Shown one piece after another: positions 52,497 through 61,375 of a stretch of DNA of 64,000 nt. This DNA is from an uncultured Desulfobacter sp. (GTDB lineage: Bacteria; Desulfobacterota; Desulfobacteria; Desulfobacterales; Desulfobacteraceae). The position numbers and the translations under genes were made by a program. Position 1 is the stretch's first letter. Each line of letters starts with the position of its first letter. The notes beneath the pieces are model-generated. The model had not been told where the DNA came from, searched no databases, and saw nothing but the letters and a program-made list of their open reading frames with translations. The stretch lies in contig OY762069.1 of assembly GCA_963665095.1 (NCBI GenBank), positions 4,352,001-4,416,000 on the forward strand, read 5' to 3'.

Positions 52497-52763
52497 CTAA
52501 GTCCGCTTTCTTTTTACGTGGAGAATCGGCGTATTAAACACCAGGGCAGATACCTGGTTGTCATTTTTTACTTTAAGCTCCAAAGCGTCTTTATCAATTT
52601 CAAAATATTTTGATATCACATTCACGATATCTGTCTGAAGGTCAGTCAGCGTTGTATCGTTCACCTCAAGCTTGTCATAGATCAAAGAAAATTGAAGGCG
52701 CTTTTTTGCTTCGTCACTACTTCTTTTGTTGCCGGTGAACCGTCTCAAAAATTCTTGCAGCAT
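52497..52763 (-). CDS. minE: Cell division topological specificity factor MinE
   Basis: SSDEAKKRLQ...DIVNVISKY; downstream of minD. Confidence 0.9.
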   Translation of the reverse strand: MLQEFLRRFTGNKRSSDEAKKRLQFSLIYDKLEVNDTTLTDLQTDIVNVISKYFEIDKDALELKVKNDNQVSALVFNTPILHVKRKRT

Positions 52764-52773
52764 TCAACTCTCC

Positions 52774-53571
52774 TTATTTTAACCCAAATGTTTTGCTCAG
52801 TTTGCTCCAAACGCTGGTCTTCTGGGCAGGCACCTCAATGGGGAGATCTGTTTCTCCATTCAGGCGCTTGGCAATTCTTCGAAAAGCCTGCCCGGCACGG
52901 GAATCATTCTGGAGCACCAAAGGGGTTCCGGTATTGGATGAGATCAGCACCTTTTCATCCATGGGCACAAGGCCAGCCAGTTCAATGGACAATATGTCAA
53001 GCACATCTTCATGGCTGAGCATTTCACCACGCTCTACACGGGCCGGTTCGATCCGGTTGACAATGAGCTTGGGTTCCAGAGACCGTGCATATAAAAGGCC
53101 GATGACCCGGTCTGCGTCTCTGACTGCTGAGACATCCGGGGTGCAGACCACAAGGGCTTCGCTGGCACCGACAATTGAGTTCTCAAACCCTCTTTCAATC
53201 CCGGCCGGAGAGTCCATGATCACATAATCAAATTTTTTGCGGAGTTCCTTGGCAACCCGTTCAACACCGGCCGGTGTCAGCACATCTTTATTATCACTCT
53301 GGGAAGCAGGGATTAAAAAAAGATTGTCAATACGTCTGTCCCTGATGGCGGCCTGATCGATTCTGCATTTGCCCTGGACCACATCCACGATGTTGAAAAC
53401 AATCCGGTTTTCCAGACCCATGACCACGTCAAGGTTTCGCAGGCCGATATCCATGTCCACAATGGCAACCCTCTTGCCTTCAAGGGCAAGGGCGGCACCT
53501 ATGGAGGAAGTTGCCGTTGTTTTGCCCACTCCGCCCTTTCCAGATGTTACGACAATGATTTTTCCTTCCAA
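52774..53571 (-). CDS. minD: Septum site-determining ATPase MinD
   Basis: TSGKGGVGKTT, GLRNLD, DSPAGIERGF, C-terminal amphipathic helix; TTG 53571 with GAGGTG RBS. Confidence 0.95.
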   Translation of the reverse strand: MEGKIIVVTSGKGGVGKTTATSSIGAALALEGKRVAIVDMDIGLRNLDVVMGLENRIVFNIVDVVQGKCRIDQAAIRDRRIDNLFLIPASQSDNKDVLTPAGVERVAKELRKKFDYVIMDSPAGIERGFENSIVGASEALVVCTPDVSAVRDADRVIGLLYARSLEPKLIVNRIEPARVERGEMLSHEDVLDILSIELAGLVPMDEKVLISSNTGTPLVLQNDSRAGQAFRRIAKRLNGETDLPIEVPAQKTSVWSKLSKTFGLK

Positions 53572-53610
53572 ATTACACCTCAACTCAATATTTATGGTTG
53601 TGTTTACTTC

Positions 53611-54300
53611 TTAAATAACTTCCGGCCAGGGCATCCTCTTAAACGGATTTGCCTTCATGTAATTTTTTACCACAATGTTGCCCTGCTCTATACAGGCGAA
53701 TTCAGGGCCAACAGCCCCTGCTTCTCCACTCCCGGCTGCTGTGACAGAACCAATTTTTACCAGATTGGGATTAAATGCCAGAGAAAAAATAATGGCATCC
53801 TCATTTTCAGGAAAGCCGGCATGAACTTTTCCGGCCAGAGTGCCCAGCACGATAATATCTCCGCCTGCAGTCAGTTCCGCACCGGGATTCACGTCCCCCG
53901 TGATCACCAGGTGTTTTCTGGCATTGATTTTCTGGCCTGACCTCACCCGCCCCCTGAGCATAAGCACATCACTTTTATGTTGATTCCAACCCTTGGATAA
54001 ATCCCTTTGCCTGATCCGTTCTGTGGGCATGGAACGTTTTTTGGGGGAGGTTGCAATCCTGCCAAGCTCAAAATTGGTTTCCAGATAAGCTTTAATTCTG
54101 GCAATCAGATCTTCCTGACCATTGGCATCACCGGTATCAAGCGTTATATCTGCATTAATGGTCAGATGCTTGAGTTTTTTCAATAATCTGTCAATTTCAG
54201 CGATGATCTCCGCTTCCGGATGAGAAGGGTCTATGGTAATCCACAGCCCGCCGCCGGCGCCTTTGAGTTTGACAGGAGCGGTGTTATCAAAATTTATCAT
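53611..54300 (-). CDS. minC: Septum site-determining protein MinC
   Basis: VRSGQ, GDVNPGAE and G.VHAG beta-helix motifs. Confidence 0.9.
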   Translation of the reverse strand: MINFDNTAPVKLKGAGGGLWITIDPSHPEAEIIAEIDRLLKKLKHLTINADITLDTGDANGQEDLIARIKAYLETNFELGRIATSPKKRSMPTERIRQRDLSKGWNQHKSDVLMLRGRVRSGQKINARKHLVITGDVNPGAELTAGGDIIVLGTLAGKVHAGFPENEDAIIFSLAFNPNLVKIGSVTAAGSGEAGAVGPEFACIEQGNIVVKNYMKANPFKRMPWPEVI

Positions 54301-54479
54301 CAGATTCCATCAGCAAATTGAAATTTATCCGTATATCATATCTGTCTGCCTGAAAAAAAGCGTTTCAAAATATGGACCTTATGGATGTTTTCGAGACTAT
54401 AGAAAATCAGGAAAAATGTGTCAAGGAATGATACTTTTCTTAAGGAGGCATGCAGAGGCACATGCCTTTGATCAGCCTG

Positions 54480-55631
54480 TCAGCCAAGAATCTCCCGTAA
54501 TTTATGAGAAAAATCAACCACAGAATAGGGTTTGAGAATATAGCCCTTACAGCCTTGTTTGAGCATTTCCTGGGCATTTTCATCAATGGCATATCCTGTG
54601 GAAAGCAGCACTTTAATATCAGAATTTAGCTTTTTTAAGGCCAGAAAAGTATCAAGGCCGTTCATTTCAGGCATGATCATATCCAGAACCACGACGCTTA
54701 TTTCGTTTTGTTTTTCCGTATATATTTCAAGCGCCTGTTTACCGGATGCCGCTGTGAATACAGTGTAACCCAGTGCCTTGCATATGGTTTTCCCGACATT
54801 GAGAATCCGTTCTTCATCATCCACGAGAAGAACAGATTCATGACCGAGCATTAACTTGTCCTGTGCCGAAGGCATATCGTCCATATGGAGGCTTTTTTCG
54901 GCCAGGGGCAGAATAATGGAAAAAGAAGACCCTACACCAGGAGAGCTCCAGACATCAATAACCCCACCATGGTGCTTGACAATATTTTTTGCAAAGGTCA
55001 GCCCCAGCCCTTTTTTTTCCGGAAATTTTTTGTGGTTATGGGAGTAAAACGGTCTGAATATCTGCTCCAGGGTGGTGCTGTCCATGCCGATGCCGGTATC
55101 GGTAATGGAAATCTTGCAAAAAAATCCGGAAGGCAGGCCATAGGCATCAGCTGTTCCGTTTACAATGGATGCGGCCTGTGTATTCACAGACAATTTGCCA
55201 CCATTTGGCATGGCCTGCAAGCCGTTTTCAACAATGACTGCCACAACCTGCTGAATTTTATCAGGGTCCCCTTTTATGATCAACGGCTTGGCATCAAGAT
55301 TGACGTCCAGAATAACCCGCTGCCCTTTCAGGTCAAGGTTCTCCATGGCAGACCGCACCAGCCTGTTGGCATCCATTCTGGCCATGTAAACTTCATCCGC
55401 CATGGCAAAGCCCAGTAACTGGCTGGCCAGATCTGACCCTTTGTCGATACAGGAAAGGATTTCCGTTACATGGCCGTAAAGGGGGTCGGTGGGATGAATA
55501 TTACTGAGCATCAATGATGCATGCCCTTTAATGGCAGTTAAAAGATTGTTGACATCATGGGCAATGCCATTGGCCAGTGCCTCTACGGCGTCTGTTTTGT
55601 CAAACTGGGTTCCGGTGGTAATATGTTCCAT
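54480..55631 (-). CDS. Hybrid histidine kinase (HisKA-HATPase-REC) without an input domain
   Basis: GIAHDVNNLL begins ~20 aa from the start; DTGIG; GLGL; REC. Confidence 0.82.
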   Translation of the reverse strand: MEHITTGTQFDKTDAVEALANGIAHDVNNLLTAIKGHASLMLSNIHPTDPLYGHVTEILSCIDKGSDLASQLLGFAMADEVYMARMDANRLVRSAMENLDLKGQRVILDVNLDAKPLIIKGDPDKIQQVVAVIVENGLQAMPNGGKLSVNTQAASIVNGTADAYGLPSGFFCKISITDTGIGMDSTTLEQIFRPFYSHNHKKFPEKKGLGLTFAKNIVKHHGGVIDVWSSPGVGSSFSIILPLAEKSLHMDDMPSAQDKLMLGHESVLLVDDEERILNVGKTICKALGYTVFTAASGKQALEIYTEKQNEISVVVLDMIMPEMNGLDTFLALKKLNSDIKVLLSTGYAIDENAQEMLKQGCKGYILKPYSVVDFSHKLREILG

Positions 55632-55662
55632 TGGGTCATTATCCTGGCATTATGTCTTAAGC

Positions 55663-56313
55663 CTATTCCAGGGAGATAATACCTTCAAGAATGGCATATT
55701 TGGTCAAGCCTGCCACTGAAAAAATATTGAGTTTTTTCATAATATTTCTTCGGTGGGTTTCAACAGTTTTAATACTGACAGACAGTGTTTCTGCAATGTC
55801 CCGGGTTTTTTTCCCTTCTGCTATCAGTTGAAGGACTTCACGTTCCTTACGGGAAATTTTATTAGACTTGGGCGGGGAATCCCATCTGCCTAGTTGCCTG
55901 CCCTTATCGTCTGCATACATTCTGGCAATGGCGGGCGTCAGATAAAAATTGGTACGCAGAACCTCCTGAATGGCATCATAAATTTCTTCAAAGGCGGACT
56001 GTTTAAGAACATAGCCGGATGCTCCTGATGCAAACATGCTATCAATAATCTGTTTGCTTGAGTGCATGGACAGGGCAATAACCCGGGTGTGCGGGACCTC
56101 TTCTCTGATTTTGGCCGTGGCGTCCACTCCGTTGAGGTCAGGCATGGCAATATCCATCATTACAATATCCGGCTCAAGACGAATCGCCTTTTCAACGGCC
56201 TCCCTGCCGTTCTTTGCAATATCCATAACTTTGATGCCTTTTTTTTCCAGAAGGGTTTTTAAGCCTTCCCGGATTATGGCATGGTCGTCTGCTATAATGA
56301 CTTTTAATTGCAT
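55663..56313 (-). CDS. NarL/LuxR-family response regulator
   Basis: ADDH, MDIAMP, and HTH REREVLQLIAEG-like KEREVLQLIAEG...TVETHR. Confidence 0.92.
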   Translation of the reverse strand: MQLKVIIADDHAIIREGLKTLLEKKGIKVMDIAKNGREAVEKAIRLEPDIVMMDIAMPDLNGVDATAKIREEVPHTRVIALSMHSSKQIIDSMFASGASGYVLKQSAFEEIYDAIQEVLRTNFYLTPAIARMYADDKGRQLGRWDSPPKSNKISRKEREVLQLIAEGKKTRDIAETLSVSIKTVETHRRNIMKKLNIFSVAGLTKYAILEGIISLE

Positions 56314-56571
56314 AAGGGTTCCAAAAAATAATCTATGGAAGTCTATATTGAAGGCAGGTGAAAATCAAATATAAATTAAAGATTTCTTGACACAGGGCAG
56401 TTTTTTGCGGTAATCAAGCCGACTACACCATTACTTTCCATAGAAACAATAATAGACGCCTACTCATTCCCGGGGAAATAGCCGTGTCCTGAGGGTGGGT
56501 AGCTGTTTAAATTTTTTTCTGGTCAACTGTGAGTTGGGAAGACCCGGTGGGACAAGAACACAACAATGGAT

Positions 56572-56599
56572 AGGTCGCAGTTGACACTGCGACCTTTTT
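56572..56599 (+). terminator. Intrinsic terminator upstream of aroB
   Basis: AGGTCGCAG-TTGACA-CTGCGACCT-TTTT. Confidence 0.65.
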
Positions 56600-56715
56600 G
56601 TTTGCCCAAGTATAGGAATGTTGATAAAAAATTGCAGGAGGAAATACAATGCTGATTGTAAAGGCGATAAAGAACACCACCGCCATCCACTTCTTATTCT
56701 TAAGGATATGGAATT

Positions 56716-57753
56716 ATGATAAAACAATTTACTGTTAAAGGCCGGCAGAAACAATCTGATATTTATGTGGGAGAGACCCTCTCCCGGGTGGAAAACTACC
56801 TGACGGACCAAAGTGCCTGTGTGATTGTTACCGACGAAAATATATATAAACTTTACGGCCGGCTTTTTCCCAATGTGCCGGTTATCACCATCGGTATCGG
56901 GGAAAATATCAAAACCCTTGCAACAGTGGAATATATTTTACGGGAACTGATCCGGACCGGATGCGACCGTTCAAGTTTTCTTTTAGCCATTGGCGGGGGC
57001 ATTGTCTGTGATATCGCCGGATTTGCAGCTTCTGTATTTTTAAGGGGTATCCGCTTTGGTTTTGTCTCCACCTCTCTGCTTTCCCAGGTGGATGCCAGCG
57101 TCGGAGGAAAAAACGGCGTGAACCTGGATGCTTTTAAGAATATGGTGGGTGTTTTTAACCAGCCGGAATTCGTTATATGTGACATTGAAATGCTGGCGAC
57201 CCTGCCTGAAAAGGAAATTTCCAACGGCCTTGCTGAGATTGTCAAACATGGACTGATCAAAGATCTGGCCCTGCTGGAATTTGTTGAACAAAATCAGAAA
57301 AAAGCTCTAACTCTGGACAGGGAAACCGTTTTCAGAATGGTGGCGGATTCAGTGGCAATAAAATCCCGAGTGGTTCAGGAAGATGAACGGGAAGCCGGGG
57401 AACGCCGCAAGCTTAATTTCGGACATACCATCGGTCATGCCATTGAAAAGCTTAACCCCTGCGGCCATGGCCGTGCCGTTGCCGCAGGCATGGTGGCGGC
57501 TGCCAGATTTTCACAGCATAAAGGCTACATCGGACAAGAGGATGTAAACCGGATCATTTCTCTACTCTCAGGTCTTCATCTGCCGGTAACCATTGAGGCT
57601 TCTTCAGCCCGGCTTATTGAAGCGGCATCCAGGGACAAAAAGAAACAGGGTGAGAATCTGTTCTTTGTTTTTCTTGAGAGGTTAGGTCAGGCAAAGGTAG
57701 ATAAAATCAGTTATAAAGAGTTGAACACATTTATTCATGACAACCTGGAATGA
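56716..57753 (+). CDS. aroB: 3-dehydroquinate synthase
   Basis: GGGIVCD, QVDASVGGKNG, GLAEIVKH and LNFGHTIGHA. Confidence 0.95.
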   Translation: MIKQFTVKGRQKQSDIYVGETLSRVENYLTDQSACVIVTDENIYKLYGRLFPNVPVITIGIGENIKTLATVEYILRELIRTGCDRSSFLLAIGGGIVCDIAGFAASVFLRGIRFGFVSTSLLSQVDASVGGKNGVNLDAFKNMVGVFNQPEFVICDIEMLATLPEKEISNGLAEIVKHGLIKDLALLEFVEQNQKKALTLDRETVFRMVADSVAIKSRVVQEDEREAGERRKLNFGHTIGHAIEKLNPCGHGRAVAAGMVAAARFSQHKGYIGQEDVNRIISLLSGLHLPVTIEASSARLIEAASRDKKKQGENLFFVFLERLGQAKVDKISYKELNTFIHDNLE

Positions 57754-57769
57754 ATCTGTATTTTTTTAA

Positions 57770-57809
57770 TTGACAGATTTAATTAAATAGGATTTAATCC
57801 TATTTAATT
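57770..57809 (+). promoter_or_regulatory. Sigma-70 promoter overlapped by a putative PerR/Fur operator
   Basis: TTGACA (57770)-N17-TTTAAT; perfect 14-1-14 palindrome AATTAAATAGGATT-T-AATCCTATTTAATT at 57781-57809. Confidence 0.75.
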
Positions 57810-57832
57810 TTAATAACCAAATAAGGTTCCGC

Positions 57833-58264
57833 TTGGATAAATTTTACGAAAAGTGCAGGGAAAACCATTTAAAAATCACCCCTCAGCGGGCGGCGGTGTA
57901 TAAGGCGTTGACCCGGTCGCTTTCTCATCCCTGTGCTGAACAGATTCACAGAGAGGTTAGAAAGAAATTTCCGAATATCAGTCTGGACACTGTGAACAGG
58001 ACCCTTTTGACTTTTGCCGGGGCAAAAATGATTGATATTGTGGAGGGACATGGGGACCCCAGGCGCTTTGATCCGAACCAGGAAACCCACCACCATTTTT
58101 ATTGTTTGTCCTGCCATGGTATTTTTGATTTTAAGGCAGATATTCTGGATGAACTCGAACTTCCTGCTCAGATAGAGGAAAAATTCCAGATTACAGGCAG
58201 GCGCATCTGCCTGACAGGCTATTGTGAAAGCTGTCTGATCAAGATGGCCGTCAGCAACAGTTGA
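57833..58264 (+). CDS. perR: Fur-family peroxide regulator PerR
   Basis: ITPQR, SHPCAE, HHHFYCLSC and GYCESC; heads rbr-trxA-trxB. Confidence 0.8.
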   Translation: MDKFYEKCRENHLKITPQRAAVYKALTRSLSHPCAEQIHREVRKKFPNISLDTVNRTLLTFAGAKMIDIVEGHGDPRRFDPNQETHHHFYCLSCHGIFDFKADILDELELPAQIEEKFQITGRRICLTGYCESCLIKMAVSNS

Positions 58265-58368
58265 TCAAACATGCGGCAAATGTCCGCATACTGATAGTGC
58301 CCATTCATTAATCGACAGCAGTCGGGTGGGCTATTAACGTGACTTAGGAAAATAAGGAGATTTAAATT

Positions 58369-58944
58369 ATGGCAAGTCTGAAAGGCACCAAAACCGAAAA
58401 GAACCTGCTCACCGCTTTTGCCGGTGAATCCCAGGCAAGAATGCGCTATACCTATTTTGCAAGCCAGGCCAAAAAAGATGGCTATGTGCAGATTTCTGCA
58501 GTTTTTGCTGAAACTGCAGAGCAGGAAAAAGAACACGCCAAACGCTTTTTTAAATTCCTTGAGGGTGGAGAAATAGAAATTACAGGCACTTTTCCTGCCG
58601 GCGTCATCGGTACTACCCTGGAAAACCTGAAGGCATCTGCTGCCGGAGAAAATGAAGAGTGGTCTCAGATGTATCCTGAATTTGCCGCCGTGGCCAGGGA
58701 AGAGGGATTTGATGCTATTGCCATGGTCTTTGACATGGTGAGTGTGGCAGAAAAACAGCATGAAAAAAGGTACAATGATCTGGCTGCAAATATTGAAGCC
58801 GGCACGGTTTTCAAAAAAGAGGCCCCTGTTACCTGGCGCTGCCGGAATTGCGGTTATCTCCACGATGGTGTTGAAGCCCCTGAAATGTGTCCTGCATGTG
58901 CCCATCCTCAGGCCCATTTTGAAGTTCTCGGGGAAAACTGGTAG
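58369..58944 (+). CDS. rbr: Rubrerythrin
   Basis: AFAGESQA, EKEHA; C-terminal CRNC...CPAC. Confidence 0.95.
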   Translation: MASLKGTKTEKNLLTAFAGESQARMRYTYFASQAKKDGYVQISAVFAETAEQEKEHAKRFFKFLEGGEIEITGTFPAGVIGTTLENLKASAAGENEEWSQMYPEFAAVAREEGFDAIAMVFDMVSVAEKQHEKRYNDLAANIEAGTVFKKEAPVTWRCRNCGYLHDGVEAPEMCPACAHPQAHFEVLGENW

Positions 58945-59017
58945 ATAGGTAAAAATTGACAAAGCCCGATTATGAACTTATAGTTACGGCAATTTTAACC
59001 TGAAACAGGAAGACATT

Positions 59018-59344
59018 ATGGCTGAAAATATTATTGATCTCAATGACGAAGATTTTGACGAACTGCTCAAAACATCAGACAAACCGGTTATGGTTGATTT
59101 CTGGGCACCCTGGTGCGGTCCCTGCAAAGCCATTGGTCCGACAGTCGAAGCATTGTCAGCAGAGTACGGGGATAAGATGAGTTTTGCCAAAGTGAATGTG
59201 GACGATAATCCCATAAGCCCCTCCAAGCACAATGTTCAGGCCATTCCCACCCTCATTTTTTTTAAAGACGGCAAGGTAGTGGAACAGATTACCGGCATGG
59301 TTGCAAAAGAAAAACTTGAAGAGGCCATTAAAAGCGTTCTTTAA
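59018..59344 (+). CDS. trxA: Thioredoxin
   Basis: WAPWCGPCK. Confidence 0.96.
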   Translation: MAENIIDLNDEDFDELLKTSDKPVMVDFWAPWCGPCKAIGPTVEALSAEYGDKMSFAKVNVDDNPISPSKHNVQAIPTLIFFKDGKVVEQITGMVAKEKLEEAIKSVL

Positions 59345-59355
59345 GGAGGCCGTCA

Positions 59356-60270
59356 ATGAGCGTGTATGATCTTGTAATCATTGGGGCCGGGCCTGCAGGC
59401 CTGACCGCAGGGCTTTATGCAGCCCGGGCCCGGATGAATGTTTTATTGCTTGAAAAGGCTGCGCCCGGCGGGCAGATTCTTGTCACAGACTGGATTGAGA
59501 ACTATCCCGGTTTTCCTGAAGGCATTTCCGGCTATGATCTGGCTGAAAAGATAAAGAAGCAGGCCCTTGACCTTGGGTTGACAATCGAAACCGCAGAGGT
59601 TCAGGGCCTGGATTTTTCTGCAGATATCAAAGAGATTCTTCTCAAAGATAGACGCATAAAAGCCAAATCCCTGATCATTGCCTCCGGTGCATCTCCCCGT
59701 AAGCCGGGGGTTGGCGAGGAACGATTCATGGGCAAGGGCGTCTCCTTTTGCGCCACCTGCGATGGGCCCTTTTTCCGGGATAAAACCCTTGTGGCCATTG
59801 GCGGGGGGGACACTGCTGTGCAGGAGTCCATTTTCCTCACAAGGTTTGCCAAAAAAGTATACGTGGTCCACCGCAGAGATGAGCTTCGGGCCACTAAAAT
59901 CCTCCAGGAACGGGCCTTTTCCAATGACAAAATTGAATTTATCTGGGATTCTGTTCCCACAGGGATGGATGGATTTTTTGGTGTCGAAAAGGTCAACATC
60001 AAGAATGTAAAAACTGGTGAAGAGTCTGTAATAAAAGCAGAAGGCTGTTTCATATGGATCGGTATTCTGCCAAACACCGAGTTTCTCAATGGTGCGGTTA
60101 AAACAGATGATTCAGGGTTTATTCTCGTAGACCAGAAAATGCAGACCAGTGTACCCGGTGTGTTTGCTGCCGGAGATGTCAGGGATACGCCGCTGAGACA
60201 GGTGGCAACGGCTGTGGGAGATGGCGCGGTGGCGGCCGTCAGTGCTGAGCATTATGTCGAAAGCCTATAA
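59356..60270 (+). CDS. trxB: Thioredoxin reductase
   Basis: GAGPAG, CATCDG, GGGDTA, HRRD and FAAGD. Confidence 0.96.
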   Translation: MSVYDLVIIGAGPAGLTAGLYAARARMNVLLLEKAAPGGQILVTDWIENYPGFPEGISGYDLAEKIKKQALDLGLTIETAEVQGLDFSADIKEILLKDRRIKAKSLIIASGASPRKPGVGEERFMGKGVSFCATCDGPFFRDKTLVAIGGGDTAVQESIFLTRFAKKVYVVHRRDELRATKILQERAFSNDKIEFIWDSVPTGMDGFFGVEKVNIKNVKTGEESVIKAEGCFIWIGILPNTEFLNGAVKTDDSGFILVDQKMQTSVPGVFAAGDVRDTPLRQVATAVGDGAVAAVSAEHYVESL

Positions 60271-60937
60271 ATTGCGAATAATTATTTTCTCATGCCTTGT
60301 CTGTATTCTGGCATCAGGTTGTTCCTCACATAAAGAGCCCCATGAGATAAATAAAACAGCCCAGCAACTGGCTGCTGAGGGTGCTGCGGCCTTTATGAAC
60401 GAGGATTATAAGGATGCAATCCAGGCCTATTCAGACCTGAAAGACTGGTACAGTTTCAGCAAGTACGTCATTTTGGCTGAACTGAAGATCGCCGATGCTC
60501 ATTTTCATCTGGAAGAGTATCCAGAAGCCATTGAAGCATATAAACATTTTGAAGAGATGCATCCGAAAAATGACGCCGTTCCCTATGTCATTAATCAGAT
60601 CGGCACGTGCTGGTTTAAGCAGATAGATACCATCGACAGGGAGGCGGAGCCAGCCCAAAATGCCATGGTACAGTTTGAAAGACTGATCAAGCAATTTCCT
60701 GACCATGAACTGAGTCAGGATGCGCTTGCGCATATCGACGTCTGCATCGACAATATTGCCGGACATGAACTCTATGTCGCCAATTTCTATTTTAAGACTA
60801 AAAAATATCAGGCAGCCTTAAATCGTTACCAGTACATAGTGGAAAATTATGCAGGCACGGATCAAAGTCAGATTGCCCTAAGCAAAATACCCAAAGTGAC
60901 GGAAAAGATAAAAGAGACTGAAGCGGATGAAAAATAA
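60254..60937 (+). CDS. bamD: Outer membrane protein assembly factor BamD
   Basis: Lipobox LASGC; TPR; HELYVANFY; start placed at ATG 60254. Confidence 0.88.
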   Translation: MSKAYKLRIIIFSCLVCILASGCSSHKEPHEINKTAQQLAAEGAAAFMNEDYKDAIQAYSDLKDWYSFSKYVILAELKIADAHFHLEEYPEAIEAYKHFEEMHPKNDAVPYVINQIGTCWFKQIDTIDREAEPAQNAMVQFERLIKQFPDHELSQDALAHIDVCIDNIAGHELYVANFYFKTKKYQAALNRYQYIVENYAGTDQSQIALSKIPKVTEKIKETEADEK

Positions 60938-61026
60938 AAAACCAATTTCTTCTTTACATCAATTTGAAATTGTTGTATTCATCCCGGGTTATTATTTTGA
61001 TAAAGTGATTTGTTAGGAGTATAAAA

Positions 61027-61221
61027 ATGTCAAAAGAATGTGCAATTTGCGGAAAAAAACCAATGGTCGGCAACAACGTCAGCCATGCCCATAACCTGAA
61101 TAAAAGACGTTTTAATCCCAACCTTCAAAGAGTCCGTGCGGTTATTAAGCCTGGATGTGTCAGAAAGATTGATGTATGCACATCCTGCATTAAGGCGGGA
61201 AAAGTAACCAAAGCTTCCTAA
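61027..61221 (+). CDS. rpmB: 50S ribosomal protein L28 (CxxC form)
   Basis: [32 protein letters not shown]. Confidence 0.96.
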   Translation: MSKECAICGKKPMVGNNVSHAHNLNKRRFNPNLQRVRAVIKPGCVRKIDVCTSCIKAGKVTKAS

Positions 61222-61296
61222 GGAAATCAAAAAGGCAAAACCAGCATCGCACTATTTATAGTATTGCCGTAAGTGTTTTGTTTTTTTAAATGTTAT

Positions 61297-61330
61297 AAAT
61301 TCCGGCATGTGTGAACATGCCGGAATTTTG
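61297..61330. terminator. Terminator hairpin between the convergent rpmB and PIN-PhoH genes
   Basis: AAATTCCGGCATGT-GTGA-ACATGCCGGAATTT. Confidence 0.7.
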
Positions 61331-61375
61331 TTGTTGCAATCATTTGTTGTTGCAATCAGGGGCAGTACACTACCA

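Noticed and set aside
56465..56552. yybP-ykoY, cobalamin or T-box riboswitch assignment for the aroB upstream region
   Set aside because: Only partial resemblance (GGGGAAATAGCC...GAAGACC; ACTG...GGGAAG; AGGGTGG); the other core motifs are missing, so it is left unassigned.
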